From the NCBI GenBank assembly GCA_013416795.1, contig RQSC01000806.1, positions 62,001 through 126,000 of the forward strand: a stretch of DNA of 64,000 nucleotides, given 5' to 3'. Of this stretch, positions 23,820-35,501 are shown piece by piece. Source of the DNA: Prasinococcaceae sp. CCMP 1430 (taxonomy: Eukaryota > Plantae > Prasinodermophyta). The stretch's first letter is position 1. Each line of letters begins with the position of its first letter. The position numbers and the translations under genes are program-made. The notes beneath the pieces were generated by a model. It saw nothing but the letters and a program-made list of their open reading frames with translations. It did not search any database and was not told the origin of the DNA.

Positions 23820-24554
23820 TATTTTAATACGCTCGAGAGCTAGAGTGGTGCTTGCGTGATGGCTGCACGTGCGCTCGCTCGCTCGCGTGCGCGCCAGGGC
23901 GTGGCGCCCCGGGTGTCGCGGCGCAGGTGCCGTGCCTGTGTGCGCTCGCGCGTCGAGCGCCCGCGCGCGAACCGGCACCCGCCCCTTCAGAAAAAAACAC
24001 AAAATCAAAAAGTCATAAATAAATAATAATTAAAAAATCTGCGCTCGCGTGCGAATTTCCGCCGCGCGCGCGCGAAACCGCCAATCGGCCGCGCGCGCGC
24101 CCGGGTGCGCCCGAGGCGGGCCTCGCCCGCGCGATCATGGACATTAGCGAGCGCGGCCACACGCGCCTCCCACCCTCGAGACCCGACCCCTCAGTGCCTC
24201 TTGCGCGGCCGCACAGCGCGCCCTGTGCAGCGTGTGGCAGCTGCGCCCGCGCGCGCGTGCGGCACCGTGTGGCGCACCGAAGGAGCAGCAGCCGGGGCGT
24301 TCGAAATTTCGAACCTGATTTTCGGAGATGTGAACCCTGATCTCCGGATGGGATAAATCCCTAATTCTGCGTTATCGAGGGCTTTGGGTCAAGCGGGCTG
24401 CGAGCTCCGCGGCTGAAAGAGGCCACGCAGGCCGAAGGGGACTGACCGCCGAGCCCTCCTCCCCCGCCGAGCCCTCCTCCGAGCCCGCCTCCGCCGAGCC
24501 CTCCGCCTCGCCCCGGCCTCGCCCGCCCGCCCGCGCCCGCCTCGCGCGCCCTTG

Positions 24555-24839
24555 ATGCCCCAGAAGCCGCTCAAGTCGGTGAAGAAGAAGGGCGCGGGGG
24601 CGGCCAAGAAGCCGTCGGCGGCGGCCGCGCGCAAGGCGCACAAGCAGTCGAAGAAGACGGCGCGGGGCGGCCCGCGCGACAAGGTCCAGAAGAAGTTCGG
24701 CGCCAACCCCGCGGGCAAGCACCACGCCTCGGTGTCGCGCCAGGTGACCAAGACCATCAACAAGCGCAACGAAGAGTCGGCGCTGAACCGCGCGGCGGCC
24801 GAGGGTGGCCTTACGCTGCTCAAGCCTTCGGGCAAGTAG
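24555..24839 (+). CDS. Small Lys-rich protein, UPF0390/DUF2462 (C19orf53-like)
   Basis: 94 aa, basic, with C-terminal TKTINKRNEE..RAA..GGLTLLK pattern typical of the family; strong coding-like codon bias. Confidence 0.65.
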   Translation: MPQKPLKSVKKKGAGAAKKPSAAAARKAHKQSKKTARGGPRDKVQKKFGANPAGKHHASVSRQVTKTINKRNEESALNRAAAEGGLTLLKPSGK

Positions 24840-24913
24840 CCCGGGCAGGGGCACGCGGGCCGTGTGGGAACTCTAGGTCGGAGAGGGCGCCCGAGCGCGC
24901 GGTGGCGCCCGCC

Positions 24914-26335
24914 ATGGATCCGTCAATGATGACCCCGGAGATGATGGAGATGGCGCAGAAGATGATGTCGAACATGACACCCGAGCAGATGGCGAACATG
25001 CAGAAGATGGCCAAGGGCATGGGCATGCCGGGCATGCCCGCCGGCGCTCCCGACCTGACGCCCGAGCAAATGAAGGAGCAAATGGAACAAGTGAAGAACA
25101 TGGACAGCGCGACCATGCAGGCGCAGATGCGTCAACAGGCGGAGATGATGTCTCAGCAGCAGCAGTACAAGTACAACGCCGCCAAGATGCAGAAAGAGGA
25201 GGGCAACAAGTTCGTCAAGGGGGGCCAGTACAAGGATGCGATCGAGAAGTACACTCTTGCGCGGACCAACCTCGAGGGCAACTCGAGCAAGGACGCGGTA
25301 GACGTGCGGCAGGCGTGCACGCTCAACCTCGCGCTGGCGCACCTGAAACTGAGCCAGTGGGACGACGCGATTGGCGCCGCGAGTGACGCCATCGGCGTGC
25401 AGAAGGACTGCCGCAAGGGCTTCTATCGCCGCGGACTTGGGCACAAGGGCAAGGGCGACCTGCAGAAGGCGGCGGCGGACCTGCGCAAGGCACTTGAGCT
25501 GGACGAGTCCGACTCGGCTGTGCGAGCGTCACTCGAGGAAGTGCGTGCGTCGCTCGAGGACAGTGGTGAGAAGGAGGACACCAGCGTGGCGGCTGAGATA
25601 CCCGAGGCGCCCGCCGCGTCTTCCCCTGACATGATGAAGCAGATGAGCGAGATGATGGAAAAGGACCCCGACGTGATGAAGCGCGCGGCGGAGCAAATGG
25701 CCAACATGTCGCCCGAGCAGATGGAGGCCATGGCTGCATCGGCGCCGACGATGCCGGGCATGCCGAAGATCACGCCCGAGATGGCCAAGATGGCGGCGGA
25801 GACTATGAAGGACATGAAACCCGAGGACATGAAGCGCATGAGCGAGATGGCAGCTTCGATGAAGGGTGCGGGCGGGATGGACGGCAGCGGCATGCCTGAC
25901 ATGGCGGCCATGCAGAAACAGATGGCGGACCCGAAGGTGCGCGAAGCGATGTCTTCGATGATGAAGAACATCAAGCCCGAGCAGATGACGGAGATGGCCA
26001 AGTCGATGGGCATGGACATAAGCGAGGAGCAGGCCAAGCAGGTGTCGAGCATGATGGAGAACATGGACGAGAAGACGATGGAGCGCCTCATGCAGTTGTC
26101 GCGCTACGCCACCGGCGCGGTCGCCAAGTTTCAGCAGGCCAAGGCCTTCCTGGCGACGCCGACTGGTCGCAAGCTGTTCATGGCGCTGAATGTGGCCGGC
26201 CTGGCGCTGCTCGTGCGCTGGCTCTACCGCTGGCTCTATCCGGAGCAGGTGCTTCCCGAGGAGGATGTTGTCGAGGAGTTCGGTTTCGATGTCGGGGAGG
26301 CCGACGAGGCCGAGTACATCGCGCGCGTGGAGTAA
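24914..26335 (+). CDS. OEP61: OEP61/TPR7-like tail-anchored TPR co-chaperone receptor
   Basis: Met-rich MxPE repeats, clamp-type TPR (KEEGNK..AIEKY..CTLNLA..YRRG..DL.KA), STI1-like Met-rich repeats and a C-terminal hydrophobic segment; intronless. Confidence 0.82.
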   Translation: MDPSMMTPEMMEMAQKMMSNMTPEQMANMQKMAKGMGMPGMPAGAPDLTPEQMKEQMEQVKNMDSATMQAQMRQQAEMMSQQQQYKYNAAKMQKEEGNKFVKGGQYKDAIEKYTLARTNLEGNSSKDAVDVRQACTLNLALAHLKLSQWDDAIGAASDAIGVQKDCRKGFYRRGLGHKGKGDLQKAAADLRKALELDESDSAVRASLEEVRASLEDSGEKEDTSVAAEIPEAPAASSPDMMKQMSEMMEKDPDVMKRAAEQMANMSPEQMEAMAASAPTMPGMPKITPEMAKMAAETMKDMKPEDMKRMSEMAASMKGAGGMDGSGMPDMAAMQKQMADPKVREAMSSMMKNIKPEQMTEMAKSMGMDISEEQAKQVSSMMENMDEKTMERLMQLSRYATGAVAKFQQAKAFLATPTGRKLFMALNVAGLALLVRWLYRWLYPEQVLPEEDVVEEFGFDVGEADEAEYIARVE

Positions 26336-26417
26336 AGTTGCACGCTGTGCGAGGAGCGGATTATTTAAATGAATCTGTTGGCCGGGGTCGCTTGCACGCT
26401 CGCGCGATTCCGCGCAC

Positions 26418-27860
26418 TCAGCCAATGAACCCGAAGTACTGCGCGCGCGCGCGTGCGCGCGCGGGCAAGGCGGGCGGGCAGGCCGCGTGGCGACGGGTGG
26501 AGGGGCGTGGGGTCAGTGTCCGATGGAGCGTGGGGCAGGGCGCGTGCACGCGCGCGAGCGGGTGCGCCCACCTCAGGATCCTCCTTAGCGAGCCCAGTCA
26601 CGGCGCTGTCGAACCCCGACGTGAGCTCTTCGCCATTCTCCAGCTCGAGTGCATTGAGCTCTGCTAGGATGCCCTCTTTGGTCGGGATGCGCCGCGGCAG
26701 GAGCGCACGCTTGGCCTCCTCCAGGGTGGCGTACTGCGGCAATGGGCGCAACCCCAGCACCTCGGGCAGGCGGTCCTCTTTAGCGCCGACGCGCGTCCGT
26801 CCTGCATGCCTCTCGAAGAAGGCGACCACAAAGTCGACGCTGTCGCCCTCCGGATGGTAGCACTCCCAGTGGTCGCCACCAGGCACGGTTTCGAGCACGT
26901 GCATCGTGTCCGCTGCGGCGACTACGCCGCCATCATCGGCACCCGCCCCGAGCGCCGCGTGCAGCGCCCGCGCGGCGGGCCCCGTCACGCGGTGCGAGTG
27001 CTCTCCGCGGAGGACGAGTGCGGGCACGCGTAGCTCGCGCGCCCGCCTATGAGCGTCCGCGCTCGCCCCCGCGCAGCGCCACCGCGGATCGATGCGGAAG
27101 CGCACGCCACCGTCCGAGGCTGTATCACAGGCCGCCGCGCAGAAAGCTACCGCGTCGAGCTCGGAGCGCGGGCCGTGGCCCCATTGGGAGTGCGCTGCCA
27201 GGAACCTGACAGGATCAGCCAGCCTGTCGAAGGCGACTCCCTGCCCAGGGAAGTAGAGTGGGTGGTCCGCAGGCCAGTTGAGGCTGAGCTCCGAGAGAAC
27301 AACGGAAGCGACGAGCTGCGGTGCGCGCGCGGCGAGGGAGAGGGCGGCGGCGGCGCCCAAGTCGTGCCCCCACACGTAGAGTGGCCGCGAGTACAGGTCG
27401 AGCTCGACGATGAGGGCCATCACGTCGTCCGCGAGGGCATCGATCGAGTACTCTCCTCCTGCCGAGCGTGCCGACCGGCCGTGGCCACGCAGATCCACCG
27501 CCACACAGCGCGTGTCGCGCATGTCACTCACGATGGCTTGAGCGGCGTGGCACCATGCGTCTGCCGCCGAGCCGAGGCCGTGCAGCAGCAGCACAGTGTC
27601 GCGCCGCGATCCGCCCCAAGTTAATGCGCGCAGCCTCAAGCCCGTGGATATGTCCACGAAAGAAGTGCGGGCGCCGAGCGGCGGCCTGTCGGCGTCTCCG
27701 CCGAGGAGCCCGTCGTCAGCGCCGCCGTGGCTGTAGCGCTGCAGCACGTTCAGATGCGGCGCCGGCGCGAGCGCGTCCATGACGCGCGCGGCGACGCGTC
27801 GCGAGACGGCCTCGGCCTCGGCGCCGTCATCGGGCAGCGCCTCGTGCCAACGCAGCTCAG
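26418..27860 (-). CDS. Alpha/beta hydrolase with Asp at the nucleophile elbow (G-H-D-L-G); last exon 26438..26418, preceding exon ends 26572; start uncertain
   Basis: VLLLHGLG, VAVDLRGHGRS, WGHDLGAAAA, LVLRGEHS, GGDH; spliced end KEDPE|YFGFIG*. Confidence 0.8.
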
Positions 27861-28334
27861 TGAGCGTGCCGTGGTTGCGCCGGCGCGGGGCCGCGCGGAG
27901 GCGCGCTGGCCCGCCGCCGTCTCCCGCACGACCGTTCCCGCTGCGCCGGCGAGGCGCGCGTCGCCGCGCCAGGCCCGCGCGGTGTGCCGCTTCGACTTCG
28001 CCCGCCCGCTCGCGCGCGTGCCCGTTGGGGGAACCGAGCGGCCTGACCCGGTCTGCTCGCATCTGAACCGGGTGTGCACACCCCCAAAGACCCGCAGGAC
28101 TGTGCGGAGACCGAGGTGATACCGTGGTCAACAGAAGGTCAGACCGTGTCGCCCTGCATTCAAGTCCGCAGCGTTTGGATAGAGAGCGGCCGCCGACGCG
28201 GTGGGGGTGGGGTGGGGTCGGCGCCACACGGCGTGCGGGACGCGGCGCCGGGCGGGAGGGCGAGGCAGGGCCGGAGCTAGCGCGCGAGTGTGCGACGCGC
28301 GGGGTGGGTGGGAGTGGGCGGACGCGCGCGCGAG

Positions 28335-29144
28335 ATGGCGCTGGCGGGCGGGCTCGGAGCGCTCGCGCGGGCCGGCGCTGACCCGGGCGCGTGGGGCGAG
28401 GCGTTCGCGTGGGCCGAGGGCGAGACGCCCGCGTCGAGCCCGTGGGTGGCGGTGTGCGCTGCGGGGGTGTACGTCGCGCTCGTTCTCGCCGGACGGGCAG
28501 CTAGCTGGTGCCGTGCGCCTGCGCTGGCGCGCGCCGTCGCGCCGCTGCACAACCTCATCCTGTGCGGAGGCTCGGCGCTCATGTTCGCAGGGTGCGCGTC
28601 AGCGAGCTACCGCCGCTCCGTGGAGGAGGGCTCAGCCGCGTGGATGCTGTGCACACCATCGAGCGACAGGGTGGTGGGCTCGCTCTACTTCTGGTCGTAC
28701 GTGTACTACCTTTCGAAATACTACGAGCTCATCGACACGGTGCTCATGGTGTTGAACGACAAGCCGCTGTCGACGCTGCACGTGTGGCACCATTCGACGG
28801 TCATCATCATGTCGTGGCTGTGGTTGCAATACGCGCAGAGCCTGCAGCAGATCGCGCTACTTACCAACACCGGCGTACATGTCATCATGTACGCGTACTA
28901 CGGACTCACCAGCCTGGGATACAAGCCACGGTGGAAGGTCCTCGTGACCAACGTGCAGATCGTGCAGTTTGTCTTCTCGTTCGCCGTTTCCGTGCCGCTG
29001 CTGCGAATGCACTTCGGCGGCGCGGGGCCGTGCCAGGGCTTCAACGCGTGGGGGTTCAACGCGGGCTTCAACGCCTCGCTTCTCTACCTTTTCTGGGACT
29101 TCCATCGGCGCGTGTACCGGAGCAAGAAGGCCAAGCGCGGCTAG
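28335..29144 (+). CDS. ELO/GNS1/SUR4 family fatty acid elongase
   Basis: YYLSKYYELIDT, LHVWHH box, NTGVHVIMYAYY, TNVQIVQF, and a basic C-terminal ER-retention-like tail; intronless. Confidence 0.92.
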   Translation: MALAGGLGALARAGADPGAWGEAFAWAEGETPASSPWVAVCAAGVYVALVLAGRAASWCRAPALARAVAPLHNLILCGGSALMFAGCASASYRRSVEEGSAAWMLCTPSSDRVVGSLYFWSYVYYLSKYYELIDTVLMVLNDKPLSTLHVWHHSTVIIMSWLWLQYAQSLQQIALLTNTGVHVIMYAYYGLTSLGYKPRWKVLVTNVQIVQFVFSFAVSVPLLRMHFGGAGPCQGFNAWGFNAGFNASLLYLFWDFHRRVYRSKKAKRG

Positions 29145-29374
29145 GCCCGACGTCTCTCGACCGGTTCGACGCGAAAACACGCCCCGGTACTCTCGCGCGC
29201 CGATGGCACCGGCGCGTCCTCAACCTGACGACGAGCGTGGGCAGTCGCCGCAGCGGCCAGCTCCTCATCCGCACCGAGGCAATGGACAACATACATACAG
29301 TATCAATAAGTTACTCATCGTAGTTCGTACATGCCGTCGCCGGGGTAGGGTGAGGGGTGAGGGGAACAGGTTGC

Positions 29375-30691
29375 TCATTGATCGGACGCGTGCGCGTCAC
29401 TGACCTCCTCGGTCTCATCCTCCGCCAGCTCGAGCCCGATCCTTTCCAGTAGGAGGCGAGTGAAGAGCTCGACGTCAAACTCGTCGGGCGCCTCTTCTGC
29501 AATCGCAGAGTGCATTTCAGGGCCGTGGTCGATCTCCGCTGCCCCGTCGCCCCCCTCTTGCGGTTGGTTGGCGCCAGCGCGTACCGCGTGGTCGGCGACG
29601 CCCTCGCGCACGCTCCCGTCCTCGCTCGCTGGCTCGCTCGCCCAGCCCGCCTCGGCCGCCGCGTGTCCCACTTGCACAAGCAGCTCTTCGCGCAGCGCGC
29701 CGACGGACCCGGCGCCGTCCTCCGCGCCCGCCTCGGATTGGACGTCCGCGTCCGCGTCCGTGTCTGTGTCTGTGTCTGTGTCGGAGTCGGAATTCGCGGC
29801 GTCCAGCGCGCCGTCCGGCACGGAGGAGGTTGCGGCCACTGCAGCGGCGGTGGCGCGGCCGCTGTCGGGCCCGTCGGCGGCACCCGCCGAGGGCTCTCGC
29901 GCGCACGTATGCGCCTGCGTGTAGCGATACGCACAGTCGCACGCGTCCCTCTCTGGCGGCACCACGTGCGTGCGACACACAGGGCAGGATCCCTGCACCT
30001 GCAGCCACTCGTCGATGCACTCCATGTGGTAGATGTGGCAGCACCCCGGTAGCTCCCGGACGATCTGACCCGGTCGGCACCGCCGCAGGCAGATGGCGCA
30101 CCGCGTGCTCGCAGGGCGCGCGCCACCGTCGCCCTCGCCGGCCACGCTCCCGCCACCGAACTTCTCCGCCGGCGCCGCGGGGATGCGCGCGACCTCGTCG
30201 GCGCTCAGAGGCGGCGTCGGCCTGTTGCCAGGAAACCTTTCGTAGAGCTCCTCGTAGGACATGGAGTCGATGTCTATCTGCCACTCGGAGCGGCCCGAGT
30301 ACGCCGCGTACGCGGCATAGCGCCCGGTGCGCCGGCCCAGCCCGCCCCCCACGCCGATGGCGCGGCCGAAGCGCTCCAGGCGTTGCAGCTCGCGCGCGAG
30401 CTCCTCATCGTCGCGCACCTGCTCGCTGCGGCCACCCGCAAACCTGCGGCGATGGCGCTGCTGCTGTGGCTGCGAATCCTGGCGCTGCTGCTGCGCGCTC
30501 GAATTGGTGGAGCGCCCCCGCCGCCGGGCCGCTGCAGGCCCGCGGGCGGCTCCGCGCTTCCTCCACGCCAGCCACGGCCGGCGCACCACCAGCACCTCCA
30601 CGGCCGCGAGCGTGCCCGCGGCGGCGCGCACCCACGGCGGCGCAGCCACGACCAAGGGCAGCGCCGCGCCCGCCACAAACGCGCGCCACAT
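29375..30691 (-). CDS. RING-H2 E3 ubiquitin ligase with MIU-like motif and acidic C-terminal region; 5' structure uncertain
   Basis: CAICL..LPGCCHIYHMECIDEWL..CPVCR (C3H2C3), preceded by IDSMSYEEL and DDEELARELQ. Confidence 0.8.
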   Translation of the reverse strand: MWRAFVAGAALPLVVAAPPWVRAAAGTLAAVEVLVVRRPWLAWRKRGAARGPAAARRRGRSTNSSAQQQRQDSQPQQQRHRRRFAGGRSEQVRDDEELARELQRLERFGRAIGVGGGLGRRTGRYAAYAAYSGRSEWQIDIDSMSYEELYERFPGNRPTPPLSADEVARIPAAPAEKFGGGSVAGEGDGGARPASTRCAICLRRCRPGQIVRELPGCCHIYHMECIDEWLQVQGSCPVCRTHVVPPERDACDCAYRYTQAHTCAREPSAGAADGPDSGRATAAAVAATSSVPDGALDAANSDSDTDTDTDTDADADVQSEAGAEDGAGSVGALREELLVQVGHAAAEAGWASEPASEDGSVREGVADHAVRAGANQPQEGGDGAAEIDHGPEMHSAIAEEAPDEFDVELFTRLLLERIGLELAEDETEEVSDAHASDQ

Positions 30692-31737
30692 GCCCTGTGC
30701 CCCGGCCGCTCCTCGCCCGAGAGAAGGGTGTTGCGCGTGAGCTGCGCCAGCGGAGCCAGCAGCGCGAAGAGCGCGCGTCGGCGCTTGTGTCGCACCAGGA
30801 TGGCCTCGGTCGCGAAGCCATAGTTGGTTCCGAAGAGCGCCGCGCCTGCGCCTTCCCGCGCGGGGCGGTGCGCGGGTGCGGGTGCGCGCGCGCGAGAAAG
30901 CGGCCCACTTCCTCCAGGCGGCTCTTCCCTCCCCCACGGGAGGCGCCGGCGCCGGCGCCGACGGGCCGACCGCGGCACCTGTGCCACCCCTGTCCCTGCC
31001 TGCTGCAGCGGCAGCGCCGCTGCCACCACCCCACGCACGCGCGCGAGGCGCTCGCGCGCGCCGCGCCCCTCGCGCAACCCCCCTTCCTCCACCCACACGC
31101 CCCGCAGGCGCGCGCGAGCGCTGCTGTCCCCCTCCTCTTCCCCTTTATACCCTCCAAACGACTCCCCTAGGTGTGTGCGCGCGCCTTCCCCTTCCCCTTC
31201 CCCTTCCCCTTTCCCTCCACCACCCACCGAGCGCGCGCCGCAGGCGCGCGCGCGCGCTGTGTGGCGCGCGCGGGGACCACGCGCCGCCAGCTTGGCGCGC
31301 GGCACCTTTACGGTGGATACAAAAAACAGGGTTTATTTATCTCATCAATATACATTACACAATTCTCGCTTCGCGCCCGGCGGGGTTCGGGTTGACGCCG
31401 GGCGCGCGCGCGCGCGCGCGCTTCTTTTTCGGGACCCATTTGCGGATGGGGATTCCGCCCCGCGCGCGCGCGCGCGCGCGCCCCGCCGCCGCCGCCGAAC
31501 CCCGCGACGAATGGGCGGCCCCGCGTCCGACGCGGCGCGCGCGCGCGCGCGAAAAAAAAGAAAACAAACGGCGGAATCCCGAATCGATAACGTGGGGCGC
31601 AGGACCGCCCGGAGCCTTTCTTGGAGCGAAGCGACGCGACGCAGTCACCCCCGGCCAGCAAACGCCGACGCATTGCACACTTGAAATTCTAAAAGACGTA
31701 TAATATACCCACGGGCGACAGCTCATCATCGTGCGCT

Positions 31738-31950
31738 TTGCGTCTGCGGCGCGTGTAGCTGCTGCTGAAGCTGCTGCTGCTGCTGCTGCTGCTGGTGGTG
31801 TTGGTCCTCCTTTCGAAGCGTGCGGGCCGCAGAGCTTCCTGCTCGTGTTCGCCCCCCCCTCCCGCTGGTTGGCCTCTGCTGCGCGTGCAGCTGCTGCTGA
31901 AGCTGCTGCTGCTGCTGCCGCTGCTGCTGCTGCTGCTGGTGGTGGTCACC
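31738..31950. repeat. Two copies of a ~70-bp (CTG)n/(CAG)n-rich unit
   Basis: GCTGCTGCTGAAGCTGCTGCTGCTGCTG..GGTGGTG is present at ~31760 and ~31890. Confidence 0.85.
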
Positions 31951-32669
31951 TGCCACCCTCGGCTTGGTTGGCAGCAGCCTTCTTCGCGCCTTGTTGTCTC
32001 GACAGGCTCTCCCGGTTCCACCGGGTTCTTTCCCAGGTCATCCACATTTTTTCGCTCGACACCGGCGTACATCCCAGAAATACTTGGGCCGGCGCCGGGG
32101 GGGGTGGTGGGCCCGGGTCAGCAGCGCAATGCTGGGATCAAACGCGCGCGTAGCGAAGTACCCGTAGTACGGGGGTGCGGGTCCCAGCCCCGGTTCGGAC
32201 CTCCTGGATGTGTTGGGGCTGATTGTATTGTACCAGGTAAACGACTATGCCCATTCCTATTCCCACCCCGACTCCGCCTGGGGGCGGGCGGCACGCGCGC
32301 GGCGCGCGCGTGGCGCGTGCCCCGAACCGCAACGCGCGCGCGCGGCGCGCCCCCCCCCCCCAACCGGCAACGAATGGATCTAAAAGACGTCAAATGAAAC
32401 CACGGGCGACCGCTTTCGAAACGCGCGTCGCCGCGCGCTTCTTCCCGCGCGCGGATTTGGGGTTTGTATGTAGGGTCCACAACGTGCCGTCGAAAGGGTG
32501 CGATGTGACGCGAATTGAAGGGGAGAGGGGTTTGGGTTGGGAAAAGAAACGGCGCGCGCGCTCGCCACACGCCCTCGGTGCGCGCGGGGGGACGCGCGCG
32601 CGGGTGTGGGCGGGTGAGTGTGGGCGCGCGCCACTCGGCGGGCGCGCTGCCGCGCGGCCGCGGCGCAGG

Positions 32670-33325
32670 CGCAGGGGCCGCACGAGGTGCTCGGCGTGGA
32701 CTACGGCGCGTCGCGCGAGGAGCTGCGCGCGGCGTTCCGCCGACTCGTGCGCACGCAGCACCCGGACGTGGTCGCGGCCCGAAGCGGCGAGCAGGCGCAG
32801 CGCCAGGCGAACGCGCGCTTCATCGAGATACTGGGCGCGTACGAGGCGCTCATGGGCGATGGGCGGCGGGGCGACTGGCTCTCCGAGCTGGACATCGACG
32901 CGCCGAGGTGGACCGTGAACGGCGGCCGCCACAAGGGCCGGTGGCGGTCAGAGGAGATCGAGTTCTACCCGATGGAGCCCACGATCGAAAACCGCGCGTA
33001 CGACACGCGGAGCGACGCAGAGATGCAGGCCGCTGCGAGCGCCTGGATGGCGCACCAAGAGGAGCGCGCGCGGGCGAAGGAGGAGCGCGAAGCCGCCCTC
33101 CGAGCACAACGAGATGCACAGCGCGCGCGAGCGAGGCAGGCGCAGGCGCGCCAGTCTAGCTCCGCGGGCGACGGCATGATGATGGCGTTCGTCGGCCTGG
33201 CAGCCTTCATGGCGGTGTCCACGTCGAGTGGCATGCCAGCCAGCGGCAACGATTCGCGTCCGGCGGGCATGCCGGCCGCCGGGGAGTGCCGCGAGCGGGG
33301 CGGAGGGCTCTGCCGCTTCCTCTGA
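32670..33325 (+). CDS. DnaJ (J-domain) protein with C-terminal hydrophobic segment; start unresolved
   Basis: PHEVLGV..SREELRAAFRRLVRTQHPD..FIEILGAYEAL; MMMAFVGLAAFMAV near the C-terminus. Confidence 0.82.
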
Positions 33326-33494
33326 GCAGCACACCCGCACGAGGAACGCGGTGCGTGTGCGAAGGGCAAATAGAATTACATGCTTGCACTGCCGACCAGT
33401 ATTTGGTCTCCTCATCCATTTTTGTATACATTGCGTAGTTGTTTGTCGCCCGTTGCGCTGCTTTCGGATGCGCCATGCGCGCTCGAGCATGCGG

Positions 33495-35386
33495 TCAGTT
33501 TTGCGCGTGCGGAAGAGAGGACGCGTCGCCGGCGCCCCCTGGCTGAGTGACGACGGTCACGGAGGGGCCCAACAGCGCGGAGCTCCCTCCATTCGCGCGG
33601 CCGCGGCCGGAGTGATCGCCGTTGCTGCCGTCCCTGGAGTGCGCGCCCTCGTCGTCGCCCGGGCAGCAGTCGTTGAGATCGCATCGCTGCACCGTGATGG
33701 TGTCCACACGCCGCTTGTCCGCTTTCACGACGGTGACAAGCCACTTGGCACTGCGGCTCTCGCCCACGTCCTGCCCCTCGTCGTGGCCGTCCACGTCTTC
33801 CGCCGCCATGGCCTCTGCGGCATCCCAGTTGAGCTCGACGACCGCGCGCTGGCCCGCCTGAGCGATGTACCCGTTGAAGGCGGCGCTAATCGCCCACCCC
33901 GACACCATGTCGTAGTCACCGTCTGGCGGGGATACGCCGAGCATCTCACTGAAGTCGTCCATGCGCGTCTGCCAGGCGTCGCGCACGGTGGCGGCGCTCG
34001 GACGCCCAGCGGCGTCGCGCGCGTCCACGGCGACCGACGCCAGGTCACGCTGCGCGCGGTTCGCCTCGCCTTGCTTCTCGTCGTAAATCTCCCCGACCAG
34101 CGACTCGAGCACGTCCTCCAGCGTTGCGATGCCTACCACCCCGCCGCTCTCGTGAACCAGGCACGCCATGTGCAGCCGCCGCTGCTGGAGCTCGCTGAGC
34201 AAAGCCATGTGCGACATGGTCTCGCTCACGAACACAGCCTCATGCATCAGGTCCCTCACGCGCGAGTCGAGCGAGATGCCCGCCAGCGACGCCCGCGCGG
34301 CCCCCCCGCCGCCGTGCTCTCCCGCGTGCGTCGCACTCGGCCCAGCCATCGCGCGCGCGACGCCGTCGCCCCCAACCTCCGCGTCAGACTCTAGCTGGAG
34401 GGTATCGACGAGCTCGAGCAGGTCCGCAGCGAAGGCGATGCCGATGACGTTGTCCACGCGCTTCGAGTACACGGGCACGCGCGAGAAGCGGTGCTGCCGC
34501 CAGAGCTCGTACAGCGCGCCGAGCGGCGCGTCCCCGTTGACGGCCACCACGTCGCACAGCGGCGTCATGCACTCGGCCACGGGGCGGCTGTCCATGTCCA
34601 TGGCGCGCTCCACCAGCGCCTGCTCCCCTACCGACAGCGAGCCCGCGTCGCCCGCGCCGGCCACCACCAAGCGCAACTCCTCCTCCGACACCTCGGGATT
34701 GGCGTCCGGGTCGACGCCGAACAGCCTCAGCAGCACGTTGGATCCCGCGGTGAGGCAGCGCGACAGCGGGTACAAGGGCACGCTCAGGGCGTTCACGGCG
34801 GGCAGCAGCAGCCGCGCCAGCGGGGTTGCGAAGGTCACCGCGATCGTCTTGGGCACGATCTCGCAGAACACCAGCACCACCACCGCGAGCACCGCGGCGC
34901 TGATCGCCACGCCCTTGGGGCCGAACATGCAGCCCGCAAGGTACGCCGCCAGCGTGGATGTGGCCACGTTGGCCAGCGTCGAGCCGATCAGGATGGTCGA
35001 CAGGAAGCGCGACACGTCCGACACGGTCGCCGAGAAGACCCCCCTCTCTCCGCGCTCCGCCTCCTCGCCGGCCAGCTCGCGCATCTTCCAGGGCCACAGC
35101 GTGGTGAGCGCGATCTCCACCAGCGAGAAATACGCGTTGACGAAGAGCAGGGCCACCAGCGCGGCCAGCGCGCCCATGTCGAGCGCCGCCCAGTCGATCG
35201 CTGCGGCGGCGCGCGCCTGCGGCGGCGCCGCGGAGGCCGCCCCCACGCAGCCCTCNNNNNNNNNNNNNNNNNNNNNNNNNNNNNNNNNNNNNNNNNNNNN
35301 NNNNNNNNNNNNNNNNNNNNNNNNNNNNNNNNNNNNNNNNNNNNNNNNNNNNNNNNNNNNNNNNNNNNNNNNNNNNNNNNNNNNNN

Positions 35387-35417
<31 letters not shown>

Positions 35418-35501
35418 TGAGAGCGTGCGCGGCAGCGCACCGCCTGCCTCCTCGCTCCGCGCGCGGTCACTCGCCCGCGCGCGCCGCGCGCGCCACATCA
35501 C
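33495..35501 (-). CDS. CNNM/DUF21 + CBS pair + CorC_HlyC metal (Mg2+) transporter-like protein; N-terminal part interrupted by a gap
   Basis: NAYFSLVEIALTT, STILIGSTLAN, VFCEIVPK, VSEEEL, CMTP..FSRVPVY..DNVIGI, GIATLEDVLESLVGEIYDE, and a CorC-like C-terminal domain. Confidence 0.9.

Noticed and set aside
24320-24450. Possible box C/D snoRNA (ATGTGAA ... CTGA)
   Set aside because: The C box has two mismatches, the terminal stem is weak, and no rRNA guide could be recognised.
32190-32245. Minus-strand TTTACCTGG resembling the U1 snRNA 5' end
   Set aside because: No U1 stem-loop I/II loop sequences or Sm site follow.
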